Below are positions 40,101 to 50,600 of a stretch of DNA of 64,000 nt, piece after piece; position 1 is the first letter of the stretch, and every line of letters begins with the position of its first letter. The DNA lies in the NCBI GenBank assembly GCA_963837955.1, contig CAWIPH010000002.1, forward strand, positions 1,792,001 to 1,856,000, in the 5' to 3' direction. The stretch is from an uncultured Verrucomicrobiae bacterium. GTDB lineage: Bacteria > Verrucomicrobiota > Verrucomicrobiia > Chthoniobacterales > JAFAMB01. The notes beneath the pieces are model-generated. The model was not told the DNA's origin and did no database searches. It saw nothing but the letters and a program-made list of their open reading frames with translations. Position numbers and translations under genes: made by a program.

Positions 40101-41438
40101 AGTGTAATGACCGTTGCGGCGGTGCAATGAGTGCCATTTCCGGTCATGCGACGACCACAAATCGATCCGATAACCGCGAATAAGATCACGCGCGATCAGT
40201 GGCTGCGGCAAGTTCTTGCCAGACTCAACGGCATCATTGAATTGCTTAGCCTGACCGATGCTATTGACTAATTGAATGCCGCGACCCGATGCGACCAATG
40301 ACATCCCCCCCGAGCGGAGCGCCGTGAGTCCGCTAGCGACGCGCTCCTGAGTGGCGCCCGAACTGGCGAAGTTTTCGGCTAGAGCGATTGTCTTGAACAT
40401 GGCGCCGTCGATGTCGGGCTGGACCAGGTAAAAGAGGCCGGGCCAGAGCTGGAGCAGGCCGTTGGTAATATCCTCCTGGAAACCTGGCTGGGCGGCGGGA
40501 GCAGCGGAGAACTGGTCCGTCGAGCGCAGGTAAGCGGTGAGCGGGAAGTTCCACTGCGGGGCAATCGCCAGACTCGTTCCCGGTGTAAACGCCGTAACCG
40601 CGATCGTCAGGAACCCGGTCGGATCCGGCGACGTCGCGACGAAATCCAATGGCAGGTCGATGTCGATAACCAACCCGAAAGCCCGCAGGAGCTGTGGGTA
40701 TGATTGCAGCGACGCAATCGCCTGGTGAAAATCGAGAACCTGTGAAAAATCTTGGGGTGTCTGAGGCAACGGCGGGCGGCCGGGCGCCGGCGGCATCGTA
40801 GTATAGAGATCAAAGCGACGCGCGACCGCATTGGTTTGGCTGGAATTCACCAATTGAACGGACGTCGGTACGTCACCATCATTTTGGGGCCCAGGTTGGG
40901 CATAGCTGAGCAGCTCTCTGTTGGCCAGATCCTGTTGCTCATGCCAAGCCTGGAGCCGCTCATAGGCACGCAGGTAAGCAGGGTCACCGCCTTGCCCGCT
41001 CACTCGAAATCCGGTCACATACTCCCGGAGGCCTCGCTCGCCGAACGTTAGCACCGGATTATGAAAGCTGGCGTACTGGTAGAGATTCTTAATTGATGTG
41101 AGTGCTTCAGCCACCGGATAAGAAAGGACCAGCCGATTGCTGTAGTCTGTGCGCTGAAACGCTGCGACGAAGGTGTCCTGGTTGAAGACCGCTGTCCAAA
41201 GTGCTTCGTCGAGCGGCGTGGTATCGACAGTGACCGTTGTTTGCTTGCCGGCGCACTGTAACGTGACCTTCAGCCCGGCGGCCTTCAGCGTGTGCGGCCA
41301 GTTCAAGAAATCGGGGAAACTTGTCAGCTTGGCGGCACCCGATAAACGTGGTGTGACATAGAGGGAAAGGCGAAGCGCCTGGTTATTGGAAGTAAAACCG
41401 TTGGGTAGGGTAACGATCGAAATAGTTTCGCTGGGCAT
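37194..41438 (-). CDS. Giant hypothetical protein, 1414 aa
   Basis: Long ORF with GGGAG RBS, 15 bp after the upstream stop; Pro/Trp-rich, beta-rich, FN3-like segment GRSYRVRARTVDVAGNS; no signal peptide seen. Confidence 0.9.
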   Translation of the reverse strand: MPSETISIVTLPNGFTSNNQALRLSLYVTPRLSGAAKLTSFPDFLNWPHTLKAAGLKVTLQCAGKQTTVTVDTTPLDEALWTAVFNQDTFVAAFQRTDYSNRLVLSYPVAEALTSIKNLYQYASFHNPVLTFGERGLREYVTGFRVSGQGGDPAYLRAYERLQAWHEQQDLANRELLSYAQPGPQNDGDVPTSVQLVNSSQTNAVARRFDLYTTMPPAPGRPPLPQTPQDFSQVLDFHQAIASLQSYPQLLRAFGLVIDIDLPLDFVATSPDPTGFLTIAVTAFTPGTSLAIAPQWNFPLTAYLRSTDQFSAAPAAQPGFQEDITNGLLQLWPGLFYLVQPDIDGAMFKTIALAENFASSGATQERVASGLTALRSGGMSLVASGRGIQLVNSIGQAKQFNDAVESGKNLPQPLIARDLIRGYRIDLWSSHDRKWHSLHRRNGHYTFGESNSVSFKTVDEEGFNQLTVAQPADDPTRPPDPPIDPTLPPSSTDLYLHERVARWTGWSLSVPRPGKSLNRSPDPHKALDDDPTVDEPATPFQMKKQFGVVKGSLPELRFGRSYRVRARTVDVAGNSISLRDDQPGDSAIPSSPEGTPYLRYEPVPAPDVAYRELDNKNGSSLDRIVIRTHNTDPSLDTKPTAETAERHIVPPRIDVKMAEHHGMFDNASGKLKGNQATYDLIVTKDAGILPTQDAGDAQHTKVPVVPDPIIALPYLPDPFSHGAALRDLPDTPPDTNGTIKASKLSYAIPPDAPERPGSVTLIPFGGKWPDLQSFRFKLVEGAGAPAWDATGHELKVSVPKATTLAIPLSSYLGANDLREMGVWEWIKQYVDALNADYLSNGANDPFLAQELNSVAEFFELVTRYALEGGHWALTPSHTLTLVHAVQQPIGIPYFDEIPVRRTSPAVLLSEPNSPFQLVTAWRAPASKRASLIGGLTIHGASTVKIDITGQWTDPVDSGSGDPSTIHNSTHVDEVPLPTTREGVLIAPGIEQRHVGYYLPEDDAIWFANDGEQTGTESNPIAPGLAAPQHDFGDTKHHIVEYKAIATSRFRDYFPAGPDDQFTRTSYAITVDVPSSSRPLAPSALYVVPTFGWTRELSTNIQTSVRTGRGLRVYLGRPWYSSGVDELLGVVTWPEFTPAPTDDDREAYKPFFTQWGLDPIWQARPIASVPTIGDFANAIATGTGLQLDGAAGALFDVAGHPVQFDKPKNAWYCDIILDESETYAPFIRLALARYQPHSIPGAELSRVVLADFAQLTPDRSVVVTREPFDVRTLRVVVAGLAPEAPNRNRIDIRVQKRVVTSPSEELGWQDAATADVTITPQSPAPSGPDAALWYGTVTFSNDPQPNEYRLLIAEYELIPKDFDLILLAQREKVTVQEIQARLEVPGFPSMKSSRAFPFPPPLGERLIYLDSIPIV

Positions 41439-41453
41439 GTTGGTGCTCCCTTC

Positions 41454-44420
41454 TTAGGTTGCGAATGCAGCCGCGTACTCGTGCCAGATCTGTGGCGTTG
41501 GCAGGACATCTTTAACGCTCGGATCATTGGAGCCATTGCCGTAACTCCGCTCGACTGAAAGTTGGACCGAAGCGCTGAAGAAGAGCACATGCACGGAAAC
41601 AGTCAGCGTCGCTCGACCGGTCACTTTTCCGCTGGCAGTGTCGTAGGTGAGGCTAAGGTTGAAGTCGACCGAGATCGAGATGATCCCAAGCACGTCGACC
41701 TCGCCACCTAAGTCGACGAATCCGCTGAGCGTCGTATCATTGGCGGTGAGCTTGAAATAGATACCCGCCATGATATGGACGCCACCGCTCGCGACGCCAA
41801 GATCGAGCGAGAAGTTGCCGCCAAATTCGAGCTGCCCCTCGATCATGATCGGGCCGGTGGTGTCCACCTCAACGTGAAAGAAACCGCCGCCACCAAGCAG
41901 CTCGACGGTTAAGAGGAACGGGTGATCGCGTTTGGCGAAATAAAAATCAAACTGCGGGGTCCCACTGAAGAATGGGAGTGTCAGGGCGGCGTCAATCAGG
42001 ATGTTCTCAAGGGAAAAGACGCCGATCCCTACGGGCGGGAGCCCGATGGCATAGCCGGCGGTTACACCGGTCAATGTCACGTCGATGTGCGGACCCTCGC
42101 CAAAGCCGTCGCTCGGAATAATGCTGCTCAGCTGGTTTACGAAAGAGAGCGGCCCCTCGAATACGACGGCGGGGCCATTGCTGTTGTCGAGCTGGACTTG
42201 CACGCTCGTTTTCTTGCCGGTGCCAGCCGTGAAAGCGAAAGAACTGACGTTCAACCCGATGATGCCTATCAGGTCGAGTTTGAAGCTCGTCAGGACCCCG
42301 GTCATGTCGAACGTGCCTTGGCTGGCCGGCGCGTTAACGAGCTTCGTTATTTTTCCGTCGATCGTAAGTGACGAGTTCCCATTGTTGTTAACCTTCAGGA
42401 GCGGCGGGACATCAAACACTTGCGGCGTCCAATGCACCGACGTCACGATCTGCTGCGGGTTGCTTGGGCTCGGGAGCGCTTGCGTGGTGATCTTCGGAGC
42501 GTTCGTTCCGGCATCGACAGGCTGGGAGGGGACCGCAGTGAGGAGATCCTTGATCGTAACCGACCCGAACAGCTTCGCGCTCAGGTCGAAAAAGTCGCCT
42601 GGATCCAACAAATTCTGGGCCGCATTCGCGAGCTTACCACCGACCGGGCCGGCGAGTGCCGAAAGTCCGGTGATTGCGAGATTCGGAGTTGCGATCCCAC
42701 CCGCTTTGTCGGCGCTGAATGTCAGGGGAGGCGTTGCAAACGGTGTCAGATCCGCAAAGACGCCGGACGCTTGGTTTAGTCCTTGGTTAACGTAATTGTC
42801 GAACAGCTTGAACGTGGTTGCTGTCGTGATACCGAGCATTTGCTCGACTGCTGGGATCGTGGCCTCTGCTTTGGCCAATGTCGGCAACAAGTTGTATACG
42901 TTATCCGGTCTTCCTTGCACGTCGAAGTGCAGTGCGGTTGTGGTCAACGAGGTATCGTCGGAACCGGGCGCCGTAGGTTCGGCATAGGCGACCTTTTGCG
43001 AGCCGACTTCGCATCGCCGTATGCTGATCCCGCCGTCGGTGGCGGTCTCATACGCGTTTTGTACCTGCGCGAGGGCAGCAGCATTCGAGTCGCTGAACGG
43101 AACGAAGATCAGCGCTCCCGTGAAATCGATTAATCGATCAGTAACATCCGTGGCGACGACGTGAAACTTGAACGGATTTCCTGCGACATAGACCCAGAAG
43201 GAACCGCCCGTACCGCCAATCGGAACAGGTATATTGATGTGCGGTGTCACGATCGTCGTGAAACGAATGCTGCGACGCAACGGCATGGCGCGTCCCGCAT
43301 TGTTGTAGTCCGTATCGGCGAATCTTCTCTCTGGTTGGCGAACAATGACGTACATGTATTGCCTGAGGTATGCGGCCGGTGACCCAAGCGTCGAACCCGA
43401 TTGCACAGTTTGGACTTTGCGTTCGGTGACTTTCACGAGCGACGCGCGATGGCCAAACGGATAGAGCACCCCCTCATAGACGATGCGCACGTAATGATCT
43501 CGGCCCTGCGTCGCGATATGACGCCATTCGCTCACGTCGAGCCGCTGCTGCGGTATGAAAGGGCTGGTCGAAATCGGAGGATCCCACCGGCCGTCTGAGG
43601 TTAGCCAAGCGCCAAGCGTGGAGAGCATGAAGCGGTCCGCGCTAATCGGACTAGGAACAAATGGACCATCTGCTTGCCCAGTGCTTGGATCGACTTTTGA
43701 GTACTCGCTGAACGCGGATGTCAGGATGACGATCTGCGCGCGATCGTTCTCGTTCATCGCGCCCCGGAACGGCGATTCCAGGGTCTTAGGCGGTAGCGGC
43801 TGCGGAAGCGGCGTGTAATCGGGCGACCAGACCGCTCGCAACGCTGTGCCGGCAGGCAATTGCGTGTACCAGAGTTCGGTACGCTGGTTATGGGTAACTG
43901 GGTGTGGCGCATGACTCCATTGCGCCTTCTCGTCGGGCGAGAGAAATAGCCGGTAAGGAAACTCGATTGAGGTCTCCCGCGGGCCGGGCTCGGCGATCGT
44001 CGGATTCTGCGCGTTCGATTGCGCGACCGGAACAACCTGTAGTTGGAACTGCGACCAATCGAGCAAGCCTTCGACCGTAAAAGGAATCGATGCCAGACTT
44101 GTCGGAACCAGGAAGACCAGCCGGGTGGGATGCGTGATTCGCGCACCGACCTGTCCCGGAGCATCGGGAGTCTGCACCGAAGTCGTCTTGTCGGGGTCGT
44201 CCGGCTGGCCCGGTGGGGGTTTGTACGGGAGTCCCTCGAAGTAGGCCTGCTCGAAAACCGATTGCGGCTGAAACTCGTACAAGAGGTAGGCCGGCAAGTT
44301 TGGGTTGGTACGAGTTAGCTTTGGATTTTTTTTGTCGCTCGTGTCGAGCTGAAGATTTTCGGCCGATATGCTTAGCGCGAGGAGATCGCGCGGTCGGTAG
44401 AGTTCGGCAATCAACTGCAT
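41454..44420 (-). CDS. Giant hypothetical protein, 988 aa, with Gly/hydrophobic beta-strand C-terminus
   Basis: Long ORF with AGGAG RBS; last ~300 aa are alternating-pattern beta strands; no signal peptide seen. Confidence 0.9.
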   Translation of the reverse strand: MQLIAELYRPRDLLALSISAENLQLDTSDKKNPKLTRTNPNLPAYLLYEFQPQSVFEQAYFEGLPYKPPPGQPDDPDKTTSVQTPDAPGQVGARITHPTRLVFLVPTSLASIPFTVEGLLDWSQFQLQVVPVAQSNAQNPTIAEPGPRETSIEFPYRLFLSPDEKAQWSHAPHPVTHNQRTELWYTQLPAGTALRAVWSPDYTPLPQPLPPKTLESPFRGAMNENDRAQIVILTSAFSEYSKVDPSTGQADGPFVPSPISADRFMLSTLGAWLTSDGRWDPPISTSPFIPQQRLDVSEWRHIATQGRDHYVRIVYEGVLYPFGHRASLVKVTERKVQTVQSGSTLGSPAAYLRQYMYVIVRQPERRFADTDYNNAGRAMPLRRSIRFTTIVTPHINIPVPIGGTGGSFWVYVAGNPFKFHVVATDVTDRLIDFTGALIFVPFSDSNAAALAQVQNAYETATDGGISIRRCEVGSQKVAYAEPTAPGSDDTSLTTTALHFDVQGRPDNVYNLLPTLAKAEATIPAVEQMLGITTATTFKLFDNYVNQGLNQASGVFADLTPFATPPLTFSADKAGGIATPNLAITGLSALAGPVGGKLANAAQNLLDPGDFFDLSAKLFGSVTIKDLLTAVPSQPVDAGTNAPKITTQALPSPSNPQQIVTSVHWTPQVFDVPPLLKVNNNGNSSLTIDGKITKLVNAPASQGTFDMTGVLTSFKLDLIGIIGLNVSSFAFTAGTGKKTSVQVQLDNSNGPAVVFEGPLSFVNQLSSIIPSDGFGEGPHIDVTLTGVTAGYAIGLPPVGIGVFSLENILIDAALTLPFFSGTPQFDFYFAKRDHPFLLTVELLGGGGFFHVEVDTTGPIMIEGQLEFGGNFSLDLGVASGGVHIMAGIYFKLTANDTTLSGFVDLGGEVDVLGIISISVDFNLSLTYDTASGKVTGRATLTVSVHVLFFSASVQLSVERSYGNGSNDPSVKDVLPTPQIWHEYAAAFAT

Positions 44421-44640
44421 GCGGTCGAACTCCTAGGGTGCGCCGTTGTGGGCATAATAAACATCTCCCAAGTAATTGGCTCTAGCCCTGTCGCGGATCC
44501 GCGTCAGCCATAGCAAAACGCTACGTCTTTCGCCAAACTCCGTTCACGGGCAGAGCTTCAGGATCGCAAAAATAGCGACGAGTGGACGCAGCGTCTATAC
44601 GCACAATGACGTATGAGCGGGGGGCGGAGGGGGGAAGGTA

Positions 44641-44880
44641 GAATCTAGAATTTAGAATTTAGAATTTAGAATCGGAACCTGGGTAGGCTTGTCGGGCCCT
44701 CGATTCCGCCATAGCTGACACTCGGTGACCGGCGTTTACCCAGTTCAGCTCGGCGAAGCCGGGAACAAGGGCTTTGACAGAGACCTGCTGAGGTCCCTCT
44801 AAAGTCTGAATTCTGAAAATTCTAGATTCTAGCTTCTGGCCTCTGGGCATTTGCTATTTGTCATTTGTCATCTGTCATTT
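44641..44880. repeat. Heptamer tandem repeats (TAGAATT x4; TTGTCAT x3)
   Basis: 44641-44673 and 44858-44880; similar tracts at 19234-19261, 46336-46365, 47097-47116 and 57231-57355. Confidence 0.75.
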
Positions 44881-44888
44881 CAGATCTA

Positions 44889-46271
44889 ATGAGCAAGGCA
44901 CTCTTTGATCTGATTGTTTTCGGTGGCGGCAATGCGATTTCAACAGCCATCGACTGCGGCAAGGCCGGAATGAAAGTCGCGCTGGTCGAGCGGGGACCAC
45001 TCGGAGGAACCTGCCCTCACCGGGGATGTATTCCCTCGAAATTATTGATCGGGTATGCGGATGCTGCTGACTCCGTACGCGATGCACGCAAATTCGGATT
45101 CGACACCACGATCAACTTGCGAGACCCAGACAAGATTTTAACTGACACGTTGGAGTTCACCCAAAAGTACGACTCCATCCTGGAGAAGGCGCTCGGCGAA
45201 AATGTGACACTGTTTCGCGGCACGGGCGCTTTTACCGGTAACTATTCTTTGTCCGTCAACGACAAGGAGATCTCGGCCGACAAAGTCGTCCTCGCGACCG
45301 GCAGCCGTCCCAGACGCCCAAACTTTAAGGCGCCATATTGGACGAGCGACGACGTCTTCACCCTGAAAAAGATGCCCAAATCCATCACGATCGTTGGTGG
45401 CGGCTATATCGCTTGCGAGTTGGGTCATTTTTTTTCAGGGGTGGGTGTTGAGACATTGCAAGTGGTTCGCGGGAAGAAGTTGCTGGAACGCGAAGATTGG
45501 GAGACTCAGACGCTCTTTCAGCGTGGCTATACGGCTCAGGTGGAGGTGCGATTCGAAACGGAGGTCGCGGCGACGAAGCACGATGGGTCAAAGTTTTATG
45601 TCGAGTTAACCGGCGTGGACGGTAAGCCATTTGAGCGGGTCAGCGAAGCCTTGCTATTCTGTATCGGGCGGGTCCCCAACACCGATCAGATCGGTTTGGA
45701 AAATACCGACTTGCGACCGAACACTCGCGGTTTTATCGAAACCGATGATCGGCTGCGCACGTCGGTTCCCAATATTTGGGCAATGGGTGACATCGGTGGC
45801 CGGTTTATGTACACACACGCGGCGAACTTCGAGAGCGAATATCTGGCTAAGCAGATTGGCGACGGGTGCGAAGATCCGATAGACTACGGGCCGATGCCGC
45901 ACGCGGTGTTTACCTCGCCCGAGACCGCCGGAGTTGGTAAGACCGAAGACGAACTGAAGGCGGAGGGGAGCCCTTACTTTTCTGCTGCCGTGCCGTATTC
46001 CAATACGACGAAGGGTAGGGCGATAAAGGAAGAATATGGGCTCTGCAAGCTGTTGATCACGCCCGATCGTCAGATCCTGGGATGCCATATCGTTGGCCAT
46101 CAAGCATCCGTGCTTGTCCATACTGTTCTTCCGGTGATGAAATGGCGCAACGATATTCAGTCATTAGTCGATCTCATTTATATCCATCCCGCGTTGGCAG
46201 AAGTTATCCGAGGAGCTGCCCGAAAGGTCGCCGGCATGTTGCCGAGCGCCTGTCGTGACATGGTCTCTTGA
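44889..46271 (+). CDS. Flavoprotein disulfide reductase (dihydrolipoamide dehydrogenase/mycothione reductase-like)
   Basis: GGTCPHRGCIPSK redox disulfide, GGGYIACE and IHPALAE. Confidence 0.92.
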   Translation: MSKALFDLIVFGGGNAISTAIDCGKAGMKVALVERGPLGGTCPHRGCIPSKLLIGYADAADSVRDARKFGFDTTINLRDPDKILTDTLEFTQKYDSILEKALGENVTLFRGTGAFTGNYSLSVNDKEISADKVVLATGSRPRRPNFKAPYWTSDDVFTLKKMPKSITIVGGGYIACELGHFFSGVGVETLQVVRGKKLLEREDWETQTLFQRGYTAQVEVRFETEVAATKHDGSKFYVELTGVDGKPFERVSEALLFCIGRVPNTDQIGLENTDLRPNTRGFIETDDRLRTSVPNIWAMGDIGGRFMYTHAANFESEYLAKQIGDGCEDPIDYGPMPHAVFTSPETAGVGKTEDELKAEGSPYFSAAVPYSNTTKGRAIKEEYGLCKLLITPDRQILGCHIVGHQASVLVHTVLPVMKWRNDIQSLVDLIYIHPALAEVIRGAARKVAGMLPSACRDMVS

Positions 46272-46369
46272 AGGCAAATACCAAATCGTTCGCGATGGGG
46301 GCGTGGCGTCTCATTTGTAATTCCGCGATTCCCGTTTGTCATTTGTCATATGTCATTTGTTATTTAGGC

Positions 46370-47077
46370 GTGCGCCGGCCTAAATACCCATCTCGAGGTC
46401 ACGTTGTTTGCATCAGTCTATTTCTCTTTCTCTCGCGTGGGATCGCATTCGGAAAGGATTCTGAGCCGCCCAGGGAACCGCTTCAGCCAGAGAAGGCGTT
46501 CTCATTACTTCTGGCGAACGCCGAAAAAATTGCTGAGACCGAGTTCGGGAAGTACCAGGCTAATCCTCGCAAAATAAAGGCCCTTTCGGAGTTCATCAGC
46601 GAATTGCAATCCATTGCTCAAGGAAAGGACATACCTCAGTTCTATCGATTGCAGCTCACCGCTGATGCTTGGGAACTGGGAATCGTCGCCAAAGCCGTTT
46701 TTGGAAGAGTGCCCGTGGAAGTGACTCGATGGACGGACCAATTGGATGAAGTGGGCTGGGATCTATCCTCCAAAGCTAATTTCGCTAAGAAAAATTCTGC
46801 AAACCCCTTCGGTAGTGTCACGATCACCGTGGTTACCAAAGCCGGTCAAAGGGAGGTTTCCGGCTACGAAGTTTGGTATTCGCCGAAGGGACTCGACAAA
46901 TACAAGGAGCGGCATGTTTCGTCCGGCAAGCTCAGCAGTCCGACTTCAATTTCCATTCCTCCTGGCAATTATGTCTTTTGGACTGTTAAAGCAGGGAAAC
47001 CAGGTCCGCCTAAGCAGGTGAATGATGTAGGGGTTGACGGGTTAGTGACACGATCGATTGAGCTGGATACGCCGTGA
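46370..47077 (+). CDS. Hypothetical exported protein (start uncertain)
   Basis: Signal-like hydrophobic segment, helical middle and small beta C-domain (SSPTSISIPPGNYVFW). The ORF-track start lies upstream of a heptamer repeat. Confidence 0.65.
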   Translation: MRRPKYPSRGHVVCISLFLFLSRGIAFGKDSEPPREPLQPEKAFSLLLANAEKIAETEFGKYQANPRKIKALSEFISELQSIAQGKDIPQFYRLQLTADAWELGIVAKAVFGRVPVEVTRWTDQLDEVGWDLSSKANFAKKNSANPFGSVTITVVTKAGQREVSGYEVWYSPKGLDKYKERHVSSGKLSSPTSISIPPGNYVFWTVKAGKPGPPKQVNDVGVDGLVTRSIELDTP

Positions 47078-47670
47078 GAGCGGAAGCATGAGGCCGGAAT
47101 CTAGAATTTAGAATTTGGAAGGGGAGCCTGGGACTATCCGGACATCGGTAGAGCATGGCGGCCCGGGCCGCCGACCTGTCCGCTGTAGCTGACAATCTCC
47201 TGCTGCCTGTTCACTCGTCCTCTTGGCGAACGCGGAATCGGGATCTGACTAAGCCCTGTTAGGCAAGGGAGCGGCTTCTCGTTCACGGCTGAGCGATTTC
47301 TTTGCAATTCGTTGAAACGCCGCCGTCATCTCAACCGAAAGATTAACTAACGGCGATAAGCTAGGAAGAGTAGGAACAAATCGGTAATGTCTGTCGTCGG
47401 TTGTCGAATGAAGATTGACTTCTTCTCACGGCTTGTGATGCAATCAACTAGTCCTGAAGCGCCGAAGGCGGTCTCTATCGAAGTTCTTTCGGCGAATCTT
47501 TGGCAAGTCCCCAGATACATCAATTTAGCATCAAAATGAACCCGGCGTTATGCGCCACTTCGGGCAGATCGGGTGTGAGGATTGGATGACATGGTCAATA
47601 CGTCACTACCGCTATTGGAGTCGCCTCTTTTGAGAGCATCTAGAGCGGAACGGCAACTTCATTTCAGACA

Positions 47671-50600
47671 ATGAGCGAATTGTCCAAACAAACACGTTTG
47701 GAGGATTTAATCACCAGGTGCCGAAAGACAATCGACTTAGGCACCGCTGATGCCGGCATTTACAATGAGTGGGGTTACGCGCTGCTTGGACTCGCCAAAC
47801 CTCAGGAAGCGATCGTGCAGTTCGAGCAAGCAATCAAAAAGAAGCCAGACTACCTGTTTGCTCACTATAACTGGGGTATCGCCCTGGCTCGGCTGGGAAA
47901 GCACGAGGAATCAATCGCCAAATACAAAGAGGCGATCGCGATCGACCCCGACTACGCCGACGCGTACAACGCCTGGGGCAACGCACTGCTGGAGCTTGGC
48001 AAACCGCGAGAAGCGCTCACGCAGTTCGAGCAAGCGATCAAAAAGAAGCCAGACTACCTGTTTCCCCACTATGGTTGGGGTCTGGCCTTGGGGCGGCTGG
48101 GAAAGCATGAGGAAGCGATCGTAAAATACAAAGAAGCGATCGCGATCGACACCGACTATGCCGACGCTTATAGCCAATGGGGCAGAGCGCTGTTAGATCT
48201 CAACAGACCGCAAGAAGCGATCGAGCAGTTTGAGCAAGCAATCAAGAGAACCCCAGACCACCTACTTGCCTACTATAACTGGGGTCTTGCCCTGGGACAG
48301 CTGGGAAAGCATGAGGAAGCGATCGCAAAATTCGAAAAAGCGATCAGCATCGACAGCAATTTTGCCGACTCTTACAATCAGTTGGGTAAAGCGCTGGTAG
48401 ATAGCAAAAGACCGCAGGAAGCGATTGCGCAATTTCAGCAAGCAATCCAAAAAAAGCCAGACCACCTTCTTGCCCGCTACAACTGGGGTATCGCTCTGGC
48501 GCGGCTGGGAAAGCCGGAAGAGGCAATCGCCAAATACAAAGAGGCGATCGACATCGACCCCAAATTTGCCGACGCTTACCACGCCTGGGGCAGCGCGCTT
48601 TTAGATCTCGGCAAACCGCAGGAAGCGATCGCGCAGTTCGAGCAAGCAATCCAAAAAAAGCCAGGTCACCTGTCTGCCCGCTATAACTGGGGTATTGCCC
48701 TCGCGCGGCTAGGAAAACAGGAAGAAGCAATCGCCAAATACAAAGAAGCGATCCGCCTCAATAACAATTACGCCAGCGCCTATAACGCCTGGGGCAAAGT
48801 GCTACTAGACCTCGGTCAGCCCCGGGAAGCGGTTGGGAAGTTCGAGGAAGCGATACAAAAGGAAAAGAACCACCTCTATGCTCACTACAACTGGGGTCTT
48901 GCTCTTGGCCGGCTGGGAAAACCAGAGGAGGCGATCGCCAAGTACCAGGAAGCAATCGGCATCGACCCTAATTATGCTGATGCCTACAACGCCTGGGGCA
49001 ATGCGCTGCTGGATTTCGGCCGGCCTCAAGAAGCGATTGAGAAGTACCGGCAAGCGATCGACCTGGCTAAAGAACCGCATGTTTACGCGCACCGCAATTT
49101 AGGTATCGCTCTGGCCCGGCTGGGAAAGCAGGAAGGCGCAATCGCCAAATACAAAGAGGCAGTCGGCCTTAACGGCAACTATGCTGACGCTTACAACGAT
49201 TGGGGCAACGCGCTGCTAGATCTCGGCCGGTCTGCCGAAGCGATCGAGCAGTATAAGCAAGCCATTGCCGCGTACGAGCGAGCAACAAATAAACAGGGAG
49301 AATATGCCTACGCCTACTACAACTGGGGACGCGCAGTCGGCCGAACGGGAGGCGCGATCAACGGTGATGAGCTCGAAGAGACCCTTAGCGGCGATTCCGG
49401 TAAGATGGCTGCCGAGCTTTACCGAGGACTAGGCAGCGAACTGGTCGAGCAAAAGCGCTACGATGAAGCCGTTAATTGGTATGGCCGGGCCGTGGAGAAG
49501 CAACCCGAAAATGTCGCGGCCCTTTTCGCTTGGGGAGTGGCGCTGAGTAACTTGCAACGCCATCAAGAGGCGCTCGACCGATATGGCGAAGCCGCCCGAT
49601 ACGATCCCTATCATGCGTATTCTTTGAACAACCGGGCGGATATTCTCAGGCTCCAGGGGCGTTTCCCGGAGAGCATGGAGGAATGGCAGAAAGCAAAAAC
49701 GGCGTATGAGCATGTGAGTCGGACATATGGTGAGACGTCGCGACAGGCAGACTTCCACTACTATTATGGAGCGATGTTGCACGAGATCTTCGGCGAGCTT
49801 GATGAGGCCGAGGAAAGACTCCTCGACGGGCTGCGACGCGATCCCTCTCACGAAGGTTGCTTGCACCAGCTCACAATGCTGTACCTAGAAAAAAAGGACA
49901 TTTTTGCGACCGGTTTTTGGCGGCGTCTTGCTCATGATGATGTGCTGGCCGAAGACCGGGTCCGATTCTACTGGCAGGCCCAGGAGTATTATCGCAAGGC
50001 TAAGACCATACTCTCGGCTGGCAGGTTAGGAGGCCAACCAGAAGCGCGCAATCTTCAACTACTGGTCAAACTGCACTTTGCTATGGAGGATTCTTCGGCA
50101 GCCGAAGAAGCCGTCAGGGAATTAGAAAAATTAGAGCCAGACTCTTCCGCTACGCTTTCCTTTCGCGGTAGATTGTGGCTACAGAAAGAGCGTTTCAAGA
50201 AAGCGGTAGAATGTTTCGAGGCGGCGGCATGCCGGGATCCCGATTTCTTGGTGAGTCAGGCGAACTTGGCGGAGGCATACCGCAAGGCTGGACAGCTCGA
50301 TAAAGCGGAGGCGATTTTTAGTAAAAATCTCAGCGTCTCCTGGCGCCACGTGGAATCGCACTTCGGGCTTGGCAATGTGTACATCGAAATGGGGGAAGCC
50401 GGCGAAGCGGACCTATTTGAGCAAGCGATCAGCCACCTGACTTCTGGGATAAACCTCCTGAAGGATGGTTCCTGCTCGAAACGCTTGAATAAGAAGGTGC
50501 TGGCAGAGGCGCTTTATTTGCGTGGCTATGCCAAGGTTAAATGCCATGAGGCACCTAAGACACATCGTGATTTCAGGTACCTGCGTGAGGCGCGACGAGA

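Noticed and set aside
47761..49330. Regular DNA repeats as a possible CRISPR array
   Set aside because: They are in-frame 102-bp TPR coding units with no unique spacers, and no cas genes are present.
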